Assembly: GCF_009914755.1 (NCBI RefSeq)
Contig: NC_060940.1
Length of the DNA stretch: 64,000 nucleotides
Reading direction: 5' to 3' (one strand)
Source of the DNA: the human T2T-CHM13v2.0 reference genome, Homo sapiens
Shown: piece after piece, positions 14,655 to 30,493 of the stretch
Numbering within the stretch: the first letter of the stretch is position 1
How the letters are laid out: every line of letters begins with the position of its first letter
The notes under the pieces: model-generated
The model's database searches: none
What the model saw: only the letters and a program-made list of their open reading frames with translations
Told to the model about the DNA's origin: nothing
Translations under genes and position numbers: made by a program

Positions 14655-14968
14655 CAGGAGTCTCCAACCCCCGCCACAGACCGTTGTTGCCTGTTAGGAA
14701 CCTGACCACATAGCAGGAGGTGAGCTGCAAGTGAGCAAGCATTACTGCCTGAGATCTGGCTGCTGTCAGATCAGCAGTGGCATTGGATTCTCATAGGAGC
14801 ATAAACCCTATTGTGAACTGTGCATGCAAAGGATCTAGGCTGCATGCTCCATATGAGAATCTAATGCCTGACGATCTGAGGTGGAACGGTTTTATCCCGA
14901 AACCAGTCTGTGGAAAAGTTCTCTTTAACAAAACCAGCCACTGCTGTTAAAAAGTTTGGGGACTGCTG
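14655..14968 (+). mobile_element. MER1B hAT-Charlie element inserted in an old L1 3' region (~14480-15300)
   Basis: CAGGAGTCTCCAACC...TTTGGGGACTGCTG termini; 8-bp TSD CTCTAATA/CTGTAATA. Confidence 0.9.
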
Positions 14969-15465
14969 CTGTAATAGATATTCTTAAATGAAAGCATATT
15001 GTAGAATATGTATAGTATTATCTCTGTAATGTAAAAAACATAAAATATTAGTTGTCTATATAGAAACACAAACACATACCATAAATATAAGTATATATAT
15101 GCACACATAAACACATAGATGCACACATAAATGCAAAGAGAATGGGGTGCAGAAGAATCTTCCAAACTGTCAATAGTGATTACACATTGAGAAGTGTGTA
15201 GAATTGGGAGCAGAGTGGGATGAAAGAAAATTTATACTTCTTACTTTAACCATTTATATAATTTCCGCATTTTTTACACATAGTTATGGATTTTTTTATC
15301 ACTTTTAAATGAGAAAATTACCCACCAAATATAGTCATTGGTATTATAGTCATTAAGTCGTTGGTAAAAAAAATGGCAAGATTTTCAGTGCAATAGTGGG
15401 GTTGGAGGTCATCTTCAGACTTTTTGTTGCATAAACTTATTATAATAAATCTACTGGCATATACC

Positions 15466-16030
15466 CAAGAGTGAATCTGGTTTTATAGGAGCCAAAATTT
15501 ATACCAATTTGGGAATCTCTCTTTAAGGAAAAAAAGCAGAAAGTTGTTAAAATTATATTAGAATAAGAAATAACAACTGTCAAATCAGAAAATATTCAGA
15601 AAAATACAATATTTTTAATAGTTTCACACAAACCAGTCATTTTCCAGATGTTAGCATCTGCTCTGGACAGTTTAATACCTTGCTTCTCCTACTACTTATA
15701 GTGCCAAGAGTTGTAAGATACATTTCTATCACTGTCGACTTTCTGGTCCTGTATTTTGAAATCATGTTGCAAGATGGGTCAACAAGGTGGGTAGTAAGAA
15801 TACTCCTGAAAGACATTCCTATACGGATATGGCTAGTACTAATTTAATTATCCATGGAAGTAACAGCCATAAAATATATGACATTAATACTAACCAAATG
15901 TATCTCTGAATTAATGTCCCTTTAGCAGGGTTTCTAAAGTACTTATGACCTTTCCCAGACTCTCTGACAGGAAGAGAATTGTGATAGAGAGACCAGTCTT
16001 TTTTTGTGAATGCATGATTAAAAATATCTC
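15466..16030. mobile_element. hAT-Tip100 Zaphod/MER115-like remnant
   Basis: TTTATACCAATTTGGGAATCTCTCTTTAAGGAAAA and TTCCTATACGGATATGGCTAGTACTAATTTAATTATCCATGGAAGT resemble the recalled consensus. Confidence 0.6.
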
Positions 16031-16254
16031 GGGAATATCAAGATCATGATGGGGAGACTGTCAGAAATATATATGAAAGACTTTAAAATGAGCAAAAATA
16101 ATAAGAGGGTATTCTGGCTAGTATACCCTTCCAGATTGTCTAGTGTAAACATAACCCAAATATACTGATTATATCACAAATCTCTTTTAGCAGTTTAGCA
16201 GCTGGGATATTTTAAGACACCACAATGTCAACTCTCTGTCTTCTATTAAGATCT

Positions 16255-16775
16255 AATGACATCATTCTCTGCTTTAAAACCTGTGATAGGTCTTAACTGC
16301 TCTGGCCTGATTCCAAAGCTTGATATTGAGGGATTTCATAATTTGGTCCTGTCCCAAATTTCACATCTTCCCATTTACCTGCAGGGGTGTCCCCACCCAT
16401 GTCCACACCCACATCCACCTACCTGAGAGATAATTTTCCAGCCAAAATGCCCTTCCATGCCCCACTGCCTTTTCAAATATTTGCCCTTTCCTCTTTTTTT
16501 TCAGTAAAAACCATACTTACCCTACAGGACTCAACTCAAATCCTGCCTTCTTCATAACGTATAGCACATTCTGTCTCATTGGAATTCATTGCTTCTTCAG
16601 TCTCCCCAGACATTTTGCATGGGATTCTATTATTACACATAACATAACACATAGCATCATCAAGCTTAGAGCTGTAATTGTACCCATGTGAACTATATGG
16701 GACCCAAGTGGATCTTACTGATCTCTGATACACGTGCATGGAACAAAGGCTCAGTAAATCTTTGTGGACATGAAT
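16255..16775 (+). mobile_element. L2 LINE 3' remnant
   Basis: CATCATTCTCTGCTTTAAAACC...AAATGCCCTTCC...CAACTCAAAT...GGCTCAGTAAAT typical of the L2 3' end. Confidence 0.6.
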
Positions 16776-17367
16776 TAGGCTGGATAATTGCGAAATTATG
16801 TCACTGAAAGTCAGTCTTGTTAGAAAACCTGTGAAATGCCAAATGTGGCCTTTACTAAAGGTTGTATAAGAGAATTACTAAGCAGCTATTGTACCCTAGT
16901 GTTAAGACATATTTCTTCCAAAAAGATGTTGAACTCATGACTGTCATACAGATAGAAAATGAATGCTTGTAAAAGATTTTATTTAACTTATTAATTAACA
17001 AGGGCATCAGTAAGAAGTTAAAATTTGTTCAAAGAATTCTGAGAAGATAGATTTAAATAGGCAATCTGGAATACTAAAATGAATTCATAAACAGAGGCAA
17101 AACTGGTGAATAGTCACAAAGCAACAATCAATTATTCAGTACCAGACAAAATGTATTCACGTTTGTATGGACAATAATCATCTGCATTACCATCAGCTTT
17201 CTACAACTTAGAGAGTTGTAAATAGCTCAAAGCCAATGAAAGACCCAGTTAAGCTGCAAGCGTACCCTAGAAAGAACATCCATTTATCATTTTTGCTCAT
17301 TTCAAAGTCTTTCCCATTTTTTACTAACAGCTTTCCTCCTACAGTCATAAGTACAGAGATTATTCTT

Positions 17368-17696
<329 letters not shown>

Positions 17697-19387
17697 TGAC
17701 CACAAAAAAAGACAGGTCTCATTAGGATTGGCCTAGCTGCTCCTTACATTTTAATTGCCTCTTTTCTTGTCCATCACCTGCATTAAAATGTCACTTCCCA
17801 AGGAAAGAAACCAAACTCATCTTTGTCTTATTGCTCTATTGTGTTCTTTTTAATGATAATCTTTGGGTCAAGTATAGCTATCATGATGTGTTTTTTCTCC
17901 TCAAGAATAATATTTGTGAACTTCAGATGTTAATGATATTTATTTTCCAAGTATGTCTTTATCTTGAAAATGAGCCCTTCTGTATTAGAGAGTAATGACA
18001 TAGTTTTTGTACTGTTTAGTACTACTGTGTTCTAGCACTAAAGAGCATGTAACAGATCTGCTATGCTTGTTGAAAATTAGAAACATCATACTTACAACTA
18101 AATCCAACTTTATCATTTGGTCCAGAAGAATTTAACTGTATTAGTACCACTATTTATAAAATCTGTTGTCAGTTTCCTATTCTTGTTTATAAAGATACAG
18201 ATACACAGACCCAATGAAGAGATGCTCGCTCTGATTCTATAAAAGATTTAACATATAGATGGGCTCAACATCTTTAAAAACTATTGTTACATGTAATTAT
18301 AATAGAAAACATTGGAAAACTTTTAATTGCCTGACCAAAGGGATTTAGTTTTGGAAAGGGTAATTTGTTAATTAGTTGTATTGACATGCAGTTATTTTTA
18401 AATTACCATTTGAAAACCGTGCTTCCAAAAGGAAAAAATATTATTTATTAAAACAGAACGTGAAAGATTTATGCCTACCTACTTAAAAATATATAATCTT
18501 TAGCACAAGGCTTGAACAGTAATGATGCATATTGAAGAGTTGGATTATAGGACACATTTTCTATTTTTGACATTTCCTTTGTGTTGTTACATCAATAACA
18601 TTCTTGAAAAAGGAAGAAAGAAAGAAATGGTGTTCTATAAAGTCTCTTCAGTACCCTGTGATTTGGGTACTCATAATAGAGTAAAGTAAAGGGTTTCATT
18701 ATGCTTTGTTTTGCTAACGGACATCTGATGTCCTTCTCCTGGTGTGATTTTCATTATAGCTAGTTTCAAAGTGCTTGAATTGGGATTAGTTACTTAGTGA
18801 GAGTCTTCATGTTCTGTTAGTTACTAACACCAATTTTTATGTGGCTTGAAATGCAGAATTCATCACTATTCTGAATTCTTTAAAGTGTGGACCACCATGA
18901 CCTTGAAAATCCCCAAAGAGGAAGACCTAGGTTTGAATGATACCACCGTTAAACAAGGGGTTTTAGATCCTTCATCCGCCCTTCAAGCCTATTCCTTTCA
19001 CAGGGCACAGGACTTTATAGGTTGATGTGAATTGATGCTGCTTGGTTATGGAAGTGAGCTCACTAGAATTAAAGCCTTGCCCGCTTATTCATGGAAGTTG
19101 GCAGGTGCCAGGAAACGAGCTCTTGGGCAGGGCTTTGTTCTTATAAAAATTAATGGAAAATATCCCACTGGTTAAATGACATTTGTAGCAAAAGGAGTAC
19201 CCTAAAATGTATTTCTATTCTGTGAGATGTAGAAACACCCATTATAGACATTCACAAAATAATGATTTGAGAAACAAGTGTATATAATGCAATGAAAATA
19301 GTTCATATCTATAAGTTTCTTTGGGGTGTTTGAATGTTTATATTCCATCACTCACCTCCTCTCATGATCCAGATAAAAAGTTAAACA

Positions 19388-19676
19388 GCCTGTAATCCCA
19401 GCACTTTGGGAGGCCGAGGCAGGCAGATCACGAGGTCAGGAGATTGAGACGATCCTGGCTAACACAGTGAAACCCCATCTCTACTAAAAATACAAAAAAT
19501 TAGCCGGACATGGTGGTGGGTGCCTGTAATCCCAGCTACTCGGGAGGCTGAGGCAGGAGAATGGCATGAACGCCATTGGAGTTCACCCATTGGAGGCAGG
19601 GGTTGCAGTGAGCCAAGATCGTGCCACTGCACTCCAGCCTGGGCAACAGAGCGAGACTCCACCTCAAAAAAAAAAA
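19388..19676 (+). mobile_element. Alu SINE (AluY/AluSc8-like), 5'-truncated, with a 20-nt internal insert
   Basis: GATCACGAGGTCAGGAGAT...ATCCTGGCTAACAC; GTTAAAC on both flanks; insert at 19572-19591. Confidence 0.95.
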
Positions 19677-19769
19677 TGTTAAACCAAGCTTCTCTGTCTG
19701 AGTGGAGCAGCCTACATGTGGGTCTGCTTGGGAATGTCTTCTTTACTTCTGTTTATGCAATGAATACTA

Positions 19770-20144
19770 TATGAGTATCATGTGCATACAATATAATATT
19801 AATTGGATCTGGAGACTTGTGATTTGAGAGGTTTATTGTTCACATAGTAAAGCTCTCTGTGGAAAGCTGAGTGGTCTCCCAAGCAAGTCTAAGAAAAGAA
19901 TTCCTCGAATAAGCAGAGGAAGAAGACTAGCTTAGGGTTTTATGTTGTTACAGGATGGGGCTGGGACAAGGGTTCCTACACAAGGGTCAGGACTTGCATT
20001 GTGTGAACTTCCTGCTGGTGCCAAAGGAGGGAGTAACTGGGCTCTTTTATTGTTCCAAATGTGGGGCAAAAGGGGAAGGAGGTGTGATGAGAATTAAAAG
20101 ACATTAGTATTAAACATCAAAAATGGAGTTGAACCCTTAATAAT
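19770..20144 (-). mobile_element. ERVL-type solo LTR (LTR47-like)
   Basis: Reverse of ...CTCCATTTTTGATGTTT...TTCCCCTTTTGCCCCACAT...CTCCCTCCTTTGGCACCAGCAGGAAGTTCA...AATAAACC; family name recalled and uncertain. Confidence 0.55.
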
Positions 20145-20657
20145 AAGGGGATAAAGAAGTGAGACTTTAAAATTTGTATCCTTCTTATTCTCTCTAAAAA
20201 CTCTTGCCCTCCTTCCACAAATTATAAATTGGAATTTACAATCTGGTATAGAAAGCAATAAGTAAAGCAATATTTATAATTCCAGAAAAAGAGTAAGAGT
20301 AGATGTATGTAGAGAGGACCAATGGGAGCACAGGAAAGGAATAGATGAGTAGGACTGGGACAGATGAGACTAGAACCATGTTGTAAACAAAGAAGAACTG
20401 AAAGGCAGTGAGGGAGATAAGCCTATTTTGGCCAAGGAAACAGGATGTGTAAAGGCATCGAAGAAAGAGAGCATGCCCCACTGAGAACATTTTTAAGACA
20501 TCAGGCATGGCTATAGTATAAAAGAGTTCTGAGGAATGAGAGTGGAGCTTTCTACCCAGAGTACGTCACAAACCACTTGGAGTACAATATCCTAAAAAAA
20601 AAGGCACGTCATTAAAGGATTTTTAAATAGGAAGCAACAAGATGGCCTATGCATTTT

Positions 20658-21169
20658 TGTTGGGAACAGGCCCCCCAAAATCTGGCCAAAAACTGGCCCC
20701 AAAACTGGCCATAAACAAAATCTCTGCAGCACTGTGACATGTTCGTGATGGCCAGGGTGCCTACGCTGGAAGGTTGTGGGTTTACCAGAATGAGGGCAAG
20801 GAACACTGGCCCACTCAGTGCGGAAAACCACTTAAAGGCATTCTTAAACCACAAACAATAGCATGAGCGATCTGTGCCTTAAGAACTTGCTCCTGCTGCA
20901 GATAACTAACCAGACCCATCTCTTTACTTTGGCCTATCCCTTTGTTTCCCATAAGGAATACTTGTAGTTAATCTATAATCTATAGAAACAATGCTTATCA
21001 CTGGCTTGCTGTCAATAAATACGTGGGTAAATCTCTGTTCAAGTCTCTCAGCTCTGAAGGCTGTGAGACCCCGGATTTCCCACTCCACACCTCTATATTT
21101 CTGTGTGTCTTTAATTCCTCTAGCGCTGCTGGGTTACGGTCTCCCCGACTGACCAAGCTGGTCTCAGCA
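20658..21169 (+). mobile_element. MER9 solo LTR (HERV-K9 / HML-3), inserted in an L2 remnant
   Basis: TGTTGGGAACAGGCCCCCCAAAATCTGGCC...GCTGGTCTCAGCA, 512 bp, TG..CA ends, 6-bp TSD CATTTT/CATCTT, AATAAA at 21014. Confidence 0.93.
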
Positions 21170-21346
21170 CATCTTACGTAAAACACCTGGCAGCCAGTTG
21201 AAAGATGGACTCAATGGAGACCAGACTAAAAGCAAGAGCACTTATGAAAGGATTTTGCATCAATGCTAGAAAGAGGTGAGAAAATAACCTAGAGTACTCA
21301 ACAGTAGGGAAAGCGATGAGATGAGATGATCTTAAAGAGGTAGCTG

Positions 21347-21687
<341 letters not shown>

Positions 21688-22700
21688 CTATGAAAAGTAG
21701 GGAGATGCAGAGTAATTAAAATGTACAGAAAATTAGGAGTGACTCCCAGCCTTCTGCTTGGATGAATAAGCAGGGAAAAAAAAGAAGTTGGGTGTGAGTT
21801 GCCTGTGTGACTTCCAGGCCATATCTAGAAAGTAAGAGAAGTAACGAGGCTGCAGATGACGACACCAAACCATTGCTGAGAAAAGGCATGGCGAGTTTCC
21901 ATCCGCTTCTAAAAGTACAAAAAAGATATGTTATATCTCATGACATCTCACACAATAAAAACATTGTTCCTTAGGATAGTGATCTACACAAGACCCTCTG
22001 GATGAGGCAAAAAGAAAATGCAAGCCTAGAATATCCAAGAATATTTCATAAATATTTATTTTAGGAACCTGCTTATATATTTCTTTCCTAGAAAAAAAAA
22101 AGTTTTACCTATTTATAGTGATGCCATCTCCAGTAGAATATTTTTTAAATCATGTTGGGAAAAGTCAGAATTAACACAAGTTTGAACTCTGCATAATTAG
22201 TTGCTGCTTAATGGAAAAAGCAGCACAAGGACATAGTGACAATTACAAATAGTATAAAAGATATACAGGAAAAGTAGGTCACCCCCGCATCCAGAATCCC
22301 AAGTCCCCTCTGTAGAGGCAATAACTCTTGCCAGCTTCTCATGTGTCTTTTCGAAAACCTGAAGCGCTTTTCTGTGAACATAACAACTGGCTCTCCACCT
22401 AATCTTTCAAAAGGATTCACCTATCAGGAAGTCTATTTTTTTAGTTCCAAGACCCACAGAGCCAGAACTGACCCCAAAAGTAAATTAAGCAGCTGAGGAA
22501 TAGATCAAAGTAATGAATGGCTCTTAGACCCAGTTGAGTCTGTTTTTACCAGTTGAGTGATTTATTATCTGCTTTTAGTGAACATTCCTCCTGCTAGGTT
22601 TACGTTTTTTCCATCAGGCCTGTGACTTCAGGTGGCCCACCTGTTTCCCCACAGAGATCTGAAAATTGTCTTACCTTGGAACCAATCTGAAACAGCACCA

Positions 22701-23141
<441 letters not shown>

Positions 23142-23397
23142 TCAAAAACAAGACTCCAGAAAATAAATTATCACCAAATACTGAAATATGAGTTGCTATT
23201 CTACAATCCTTTTAAATATGAGATGCTGTATTCAGTATTCCTTCTGTTTGGGAACATTTAGAGACTTACCTGCTCCCTTCATGTGGTATTCCCCACGTCC
23301 CACTTCATTTGGCAAGCTATTTGCGTACGTGAGCTATCTACTCCATAGCAAGCTTTTGCAGAAAAAGACCTGTGTTTGATTAAGCTCTATATTAACC

Positions 23398-23706
<309 letters not shown>

Positions 23707-26269
23707 CTATATTAACAAGTATTTTCATGATGCCTGAATATTAAGTATTTGCAAATTAAATGAATGCCGTGACACTTGAAACTGCTATCTTCAAGAATAA
23801 AGTTTCTTCCTGACTTTAAAAAGAAAACAAAAATAAAAAGTAAATATGAGAGCTTGGATAAAGCATACATTTTTAAATAGCTTTTGTGATTACAAAATAC
23901 ATTGATATTTGTTGTCAAAAATATAAAACGCTCATGGAAATAGAAAAAAAATGAAAGTCATCATTATGCCACTGTAATCATTGCTAATATCTACCAAGCT
24001 ATATCCCATCTATAGATATTACAGTTTTGCTTAAGACCTTTGTGAGTTTTTTTTCCAATATACAAAATTTTCTTCAGACTCAAAGAGGTAACTCATTAAA
24101 GTGGGCTCTTTGTGTCTTTGTCCCCAAGCAGGGAGCCAGCTGCTTTGGCAGGTGTGAGGATGATGTGGAGTTCCACTGCAGCAGGTGTTTAATAATCCTT
24201 TGCTTGTACCTTCTATCTCCTCCAGCGGTGCTGTGAGCAACAGAAACTGTTCTGAAAACCCACTCTGTGGAAGGTAGCGATTAAGCAGGAATGATTTATA
24301 CCTGCGAGAAAGATTGTTTCCTTTAAAACTGTCTTTAAATTGTGGTTAAGATATATTTGTTTGGGAACACTGCTGGTTCAACTTTAGCATTGGGAGAAAG
24401 TTGAAAGGTAACTTGGAAGATGATCTGTGGGTATTTGTTTAATGCCAAGCTGACTCCAGCTTCTCCACCATGCAGATTGTACAGCTTTTCTGTCCCCATA
24501 ATATATAAAAATAATAAAAGGGGGAGGAAAGTACACAGAGCCTGATACTGTTAGAAATCTTCCAGTTTTATATTCAATTTTATAATGTTATATTCAGTAA
24601 GTTAAAGCTGCTTTAAAAATAGTTTCTAATGAAATAATGGAGGGGTAGTGTATTCATCCCTGCTTTAAACGATGTCAAATATTGTTTTAATCTGGTGTAA
24701 TGGGTGGCTTCTGCAGTGCGAATCAACAGAGGACATTCAGATTACTTGGTTAGCCTCGAATATAGCATCAGGTATTCTAATCAAGTTATTTCCTTATGCT
24801 TACATAAAGTCAGTAGATTTTATTGGTTTTGCATCAGCAGACACTGCCATATTGGTGCCTTTTTCAAAGTGACATTGATATTACTGAACCTAAGGCAAAA
24901 ACAAATGTATATGCCAGTAACAGTAGCAAATATGAAAATGGAATTCTGATAATACAGTGTTTAATGTAGCAAAATCAGCAACAACGTATTTTTTGTCTGA
25001 AAATAAACATCGAAAAGAGTCGGAAAATGGAAACACCCTTGGTAATCAGATATTCTGTCTATTATACTATTTTACATACCCTGGGACAGATGTCAAGAAA
25101 GTTTACTTCATCAACACCATCTTTCATAGCTTAAGTTAATGTTGAGAAAATTTTATTGACAATAAGCTGTTTTACAAATGTAATATTAGTTCTTCATTTT
25201 GGGTGTGTTTGGGTGTGTATTTTTCATCTTGGCTCAAATATAAGGACCCAATATGACAACCCTGTGGTTTGGGAGGAAAAGTAGAGGCCTAGAAGAATAA
25301 CATTGGGCAGTCCACTCAGATAATGCAAGAGCCAATTGAGGCTTCTTAAAACCTAATTTGGGCATAATATCTGAACTGTTACACCTGCTTCCTTAACTAG
25401 ATAAACTGAATTGGGTGACAGATCTCTCTGGCAGGAAAAAATATTGCACAACTCTTCCAAGACAGACATTTTCACCAATGGGCCATTAACCTCAGCCCTT
25501 CTTGTATCTTCTGCATTCCACCAAAGCTTATTATGTCTTGACACATACTTTCCATTTTAAAGAAAGTACACTCAGCTTTCAGGAAGATATTAATATACAG
25601 TTAAGTAATATGATTTCAAAACTGAAACGAATTTATCACAGATGAGTTACGTAGTCTATCACTGGTAAAACCCTAAGGTTTTATTTATAAAATGCAGAAA
25701 TCAGAAAAACAAGTTAGTCATAATTTAATTGCATGTGTATCTGCAATTGCAGGTACAGTCCCATTTTTGTGAAATGTTTACATTTGGAACTTTTCTGAGG
25801 ATACCATTTATGAAGCCAATCTTTGTCTATTAATATTATACTTCCTCCTCCATGCTCATTAATAGAGCATGTCTCCTAGATGTCTTTGAAGGGATGCTGC
25901 TTACAGAAAATAAATGCTACCATTGTTGTAGCATGCATGTAAAGCTTACTTTCTTCATCATATTGTAGATAAGAAAAATAAATGCAGAATGAAATATTAT
26001 ATTTGTAATGTCTAATTATTGTAATAACTATTGTTATTTGAAATCCTATAACATGTACCCCTGGATGAAATTCAGTGCACATTTTATGTGTATGTTCACT
26101 TTTGCTAACTTACATCATTCATTCACATCTGTTCCTTTGATCAAGTTGTCATGCCCTCCGAAAGGTAAGGGCTGTATGACTTCAAACATGTGGAAACTTC
26201 TGTTTTGAGGAACTTCAATATTTTCACCGATTTATATCTGTATTTATAATTCCATGATAATTATACATT

Positions 26270-26420
26270 TAGTGAGTGTCTACCATGTCCCATTTAGTCC
26301 TTATGACAACACTGCAAAGTAGATAGTATTACTAAAGAGGAAATTGACACCCAGCGAAGTTGTCTATTATGTACAAGCATTTACATGGCATATGAGATCC
26401 ACATCTATTTCAGACAAGCT
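26270..26420 (-). mobile_element. MIR fragment
   Basis: CATTTAGTCCTTATGACAACACTGCAAAGTAGAT...AGAGGAAATTGA. Confidence 0.55.
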
Positions 26421-26789
26421 TCTTTCATGTGGCAAGGGTGTGGCTTTTACCATCACCACAAAGCAATACTAGAAGAATCAGGGAAGAATGTTCTATCTTT
26501 TGTTCTGTTTGTAGTAGTACCAGTGACGAAATATGATTGGCCTAATGGAGCATGTGTCTACCTAGGGCCAAGCATCGATCGCTGTGGCCATATGTATAGG
26601 TATTACCATTGGCCAGACTGAGATCATATACCCATCTTGTGGTCAGTGGACAGAAAACATTGAAACCACCAGCATTCTATGGAATGGATGGTAAAGATGA
26701 ACAAATTCCCCATAAAGAGACAAATTATCTTATCAGAGGAAGGGTGACAATGCTACATTAAATACACACACACACATATCCACTTACGA

Positions 26790-27275
26790 AGTACAGCTTC
26801 AAGTTCTTTTAACATGCTTCCCATTGAGAAGCAGGTCTAAGTCCCTGGAACTTGAACCTGGTTCTGTGCTTGCCTGACCAACAGAATATAGCGGGAATGC
26901 CGCTGTCCAGTTTCCAATCCAAAGAATTAAGAAACTGGCAGCTATCCTATCTCTTGGGCTCATTCTTGCAAACCAACCACAATGCTACAGAAACATTTGT
27001 GGGAAGTCCATGCGAAAAGGAAACAAGGTCCAGGCACTCATCCCCATGAATTCTAAGCCAACAGCGAGGATCATATTGCCAGTCATGTGACTATAAGGAT
27101 TCTGTAAGTACATCCTCCAGCCCAAGTCAACTTGCTTTAACTGATGTTGTATGAAGCAAGAACAAGCCTTCTTTCCAAGCCCTGCCCAAATCACATGTTT
27201 ATGACCTGATTATTGTTGTTGTTTGACGTCATTAAGTATTAAGGGCATCTGCTATGTAAACAGATAACTAAAACA
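26790..27275 (+). mobile_element. MaLR LTR (MLT1F/G/H-like)
   Basis: CTTCCCATTGAGAAG...TGACCAACAGAATATAGC...AAGAAACTGGCAGCT...CCCTGCCCAAAT...AGATAACTAAAACA. Confidence 0.75.
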
Positions 27276-28674
27276 ATCAGAGTCCAAAAATTTTTGCTCT
27301 TTCTTCTGCATTGCATACACAAATCTGGCTCAGCACCAAATTTTGCACAGCCCTCTAAATACCCAGCACTATGCCAAGCACATTGTAGTTATGCTATAAA
27401 TATGTATGAAATAATTGAATTTTGCATTATTCACTTTGTAAATGGATAAATAGCACAAAGAACTTAAGTGACTTTCAGAAGTGAGTCTTAAGCTGAGCTG
27501 GAAATAAAAGATTTTCATATCCAAGTTGAATGCATTATCTATCAGGACCCTCAGAAGAGTCTCTTTACATAAAGCACAATCTAACTCTTCTATTTCTCAT
27601 GGAATAAGATGACGGGTGGTGAATGCTTTCTGAGCTTTAAAAATAAGCATGCTGAAATGCCTGGAAGGATAAGCTATAATGCATTAACAGGCGTTAACTT
27701 TGGAGAGTAGTCCGTGGAGTTTGAAGAAGAAAATTGATTTCTACCTTTGGTACCACTCTTATTTCTTACAGTGAATGTACATTAATTTTATACTTTTAAA
27801 TGACATTAAATTAGAACTAGTAAAGGAAATTCACCAAAATGTTAGCAGCAAGTATCTTGATTATAGGATTATGAGGGTTTTACACTGACATTTATTATCT
27901 AAATTGTACATTGCTGTAGAAAATGTATTCCCCTGCAGTTCCTGAAGAATTTAATTTCAAATTCTTGTCTTTTAAAATCCCAAATTTTATATAACAGAAA
28001 AAATTCATTGCACATTATTCAGACGTGTCACACAAAATCAACTGCAATGTCCCAAGCTTCAAATTCACACACAGAGAGAATGACGCATCTGAACACACAC
28101 TCCCAACTTCATCAGGAAACCATTATGGGAAAGCTCTGCTTTTGAGCACAGCACCAGTAAGAATGTTGCAAACAATTCATTGATCAGCCTTTTTACTCTT
28201 GAAGATTTTGTCTTGCTACAGCAGCATTTCCAGGAAAGAGGTTTGAAACATACACTTGCTCAGTGCTTCCTGCTTACGTGGGAAGATGGCAAAGAGCCCA
28301 TTTGCGTCTGCCTCTGAGGCTCAAGCACTGCTAAGGGATACTAAACCTTTGACACTTTCAGAGCTTTCCTATTTATGTAAAAGCTAGAAAATTAGTTAAT
28401 ATGGTACTTTAGATTCTCTTCAGTTATAACTAAAAATGTTCTCTGGGCACAAAATTTCAGTGTACAGACACTCTGCTCCTGATTTTCTATTTCTATCAAT
28501 GGATTGAGTAATTTTCAGCCCAAAGTACAAGTTATCAAAGACCAAGCATTTTATTTACTCATTATATATCCAGCCTACAGCTAAAAAGCAGGTACCATTC
28601 AACAAGCATTCTACTGAGCACTGAAGAAATATGAAGTTGGGAGATATACAATGGATAATTCTTACTCTCAACTA

Positions 28675-28720
28675 TTAGTCCGGTGCAAAAGTAATTGTGG
28701 CTTTTGCCATTACTTTTAAT
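28675..28720. mobile_element. MADE1 half element
   Basis: TATTAG..GGTGCAAAAGTAATTGTGGCTTTTGCCATTACTTTTAATG; second TIR missing. Confidence 0.8.
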
Positions 28721-28756
28721 GTCCAACAAAATGTCCAAAAAGGTGATTTCCCATCT

Positions 28757-29575
<819 letters not shown>

Positions 29576-29714
29576 TCCTGATAAACTGTCCTATTGATTT
29601 ATTTCTGGGCAATTTTAGGAAAGGCTTTTTATTCATACAATGCCTTGACATTGATATTTCATTACTTTGCAGTAAATACTGAAATTATTGAGCATTCCCA
29701 GCATATATATATAT

Positions 29715-30215
29715 ATATTTTCCTGTCTGCAAGAAGGAGAAAATACCTTAAGTATCTTAAGTTTCTTTTGCTTTCATGACTCCTTTGCTTTGGTTTTTCA
29801 GAATTTGACTATGATGTGTCTCAGCGTTGATTTCTGAGATGGTTTGCCTTAGTTCTCTGAACATGTTCATAATAATTGATTTTAAGTCTTTGTCTCATAT
29901 AGTCAACATTTAGGCTTCCTTGGGAACATTGACTGCTTTTTTCCTTGTATATGAGTCAGATGTACTATTCTATTTTTTCATATATCTGATATTTTTGTTG
30001 AGGACCGGACATTGTATATAATATAATGCATCAACTATCAAATCCGATCTCCCTCTTCCCCAGAGTTTGTTGATGTTGATGTTGTTGATTCTTGTTTACC
30101 TTCCTAATTCTGTACAGCCTGTATTCCTTGTCATATGTGACTATGGAAGTCACTAAGCAGATTGTCAACTAATGATTGAACAAGATTTCCTTACATCCCT
30201 TCAGCCAGTAAGTCC
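29715..30215 (-). mobile_element. Ancient L1 remnant
   Basis: TTTGACTATGATGTGTCT, TTTAAGTCTTTGTCT, TTCCTAATTCTGTACAG resemble antisense L1M 5'/ORF1 sequence. Confidence 0.55.
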
Positions 30216-30493
30216 TATTATTTATTTCATATGGCAGAAATATAAATAATCAAAATGTCTAATATGATATAATTTTTCAACTTAAAATAGATTCATTTTT
30301 CAAAGAATATATCTTTGAAACATCACATTTTGAAGACTTTTGAACATAATATAATATGAGGTGAAAAGACATAATGAAAAACTTTAAATAGCCTAACCTC
30401 AATTTCATAAAATGTACATGCCATATAAACAACCAAAAAAAAAAAGAACATGCCAGATAAACAACCAAAAAAAAAAAAACCTAGAAGAAAATG

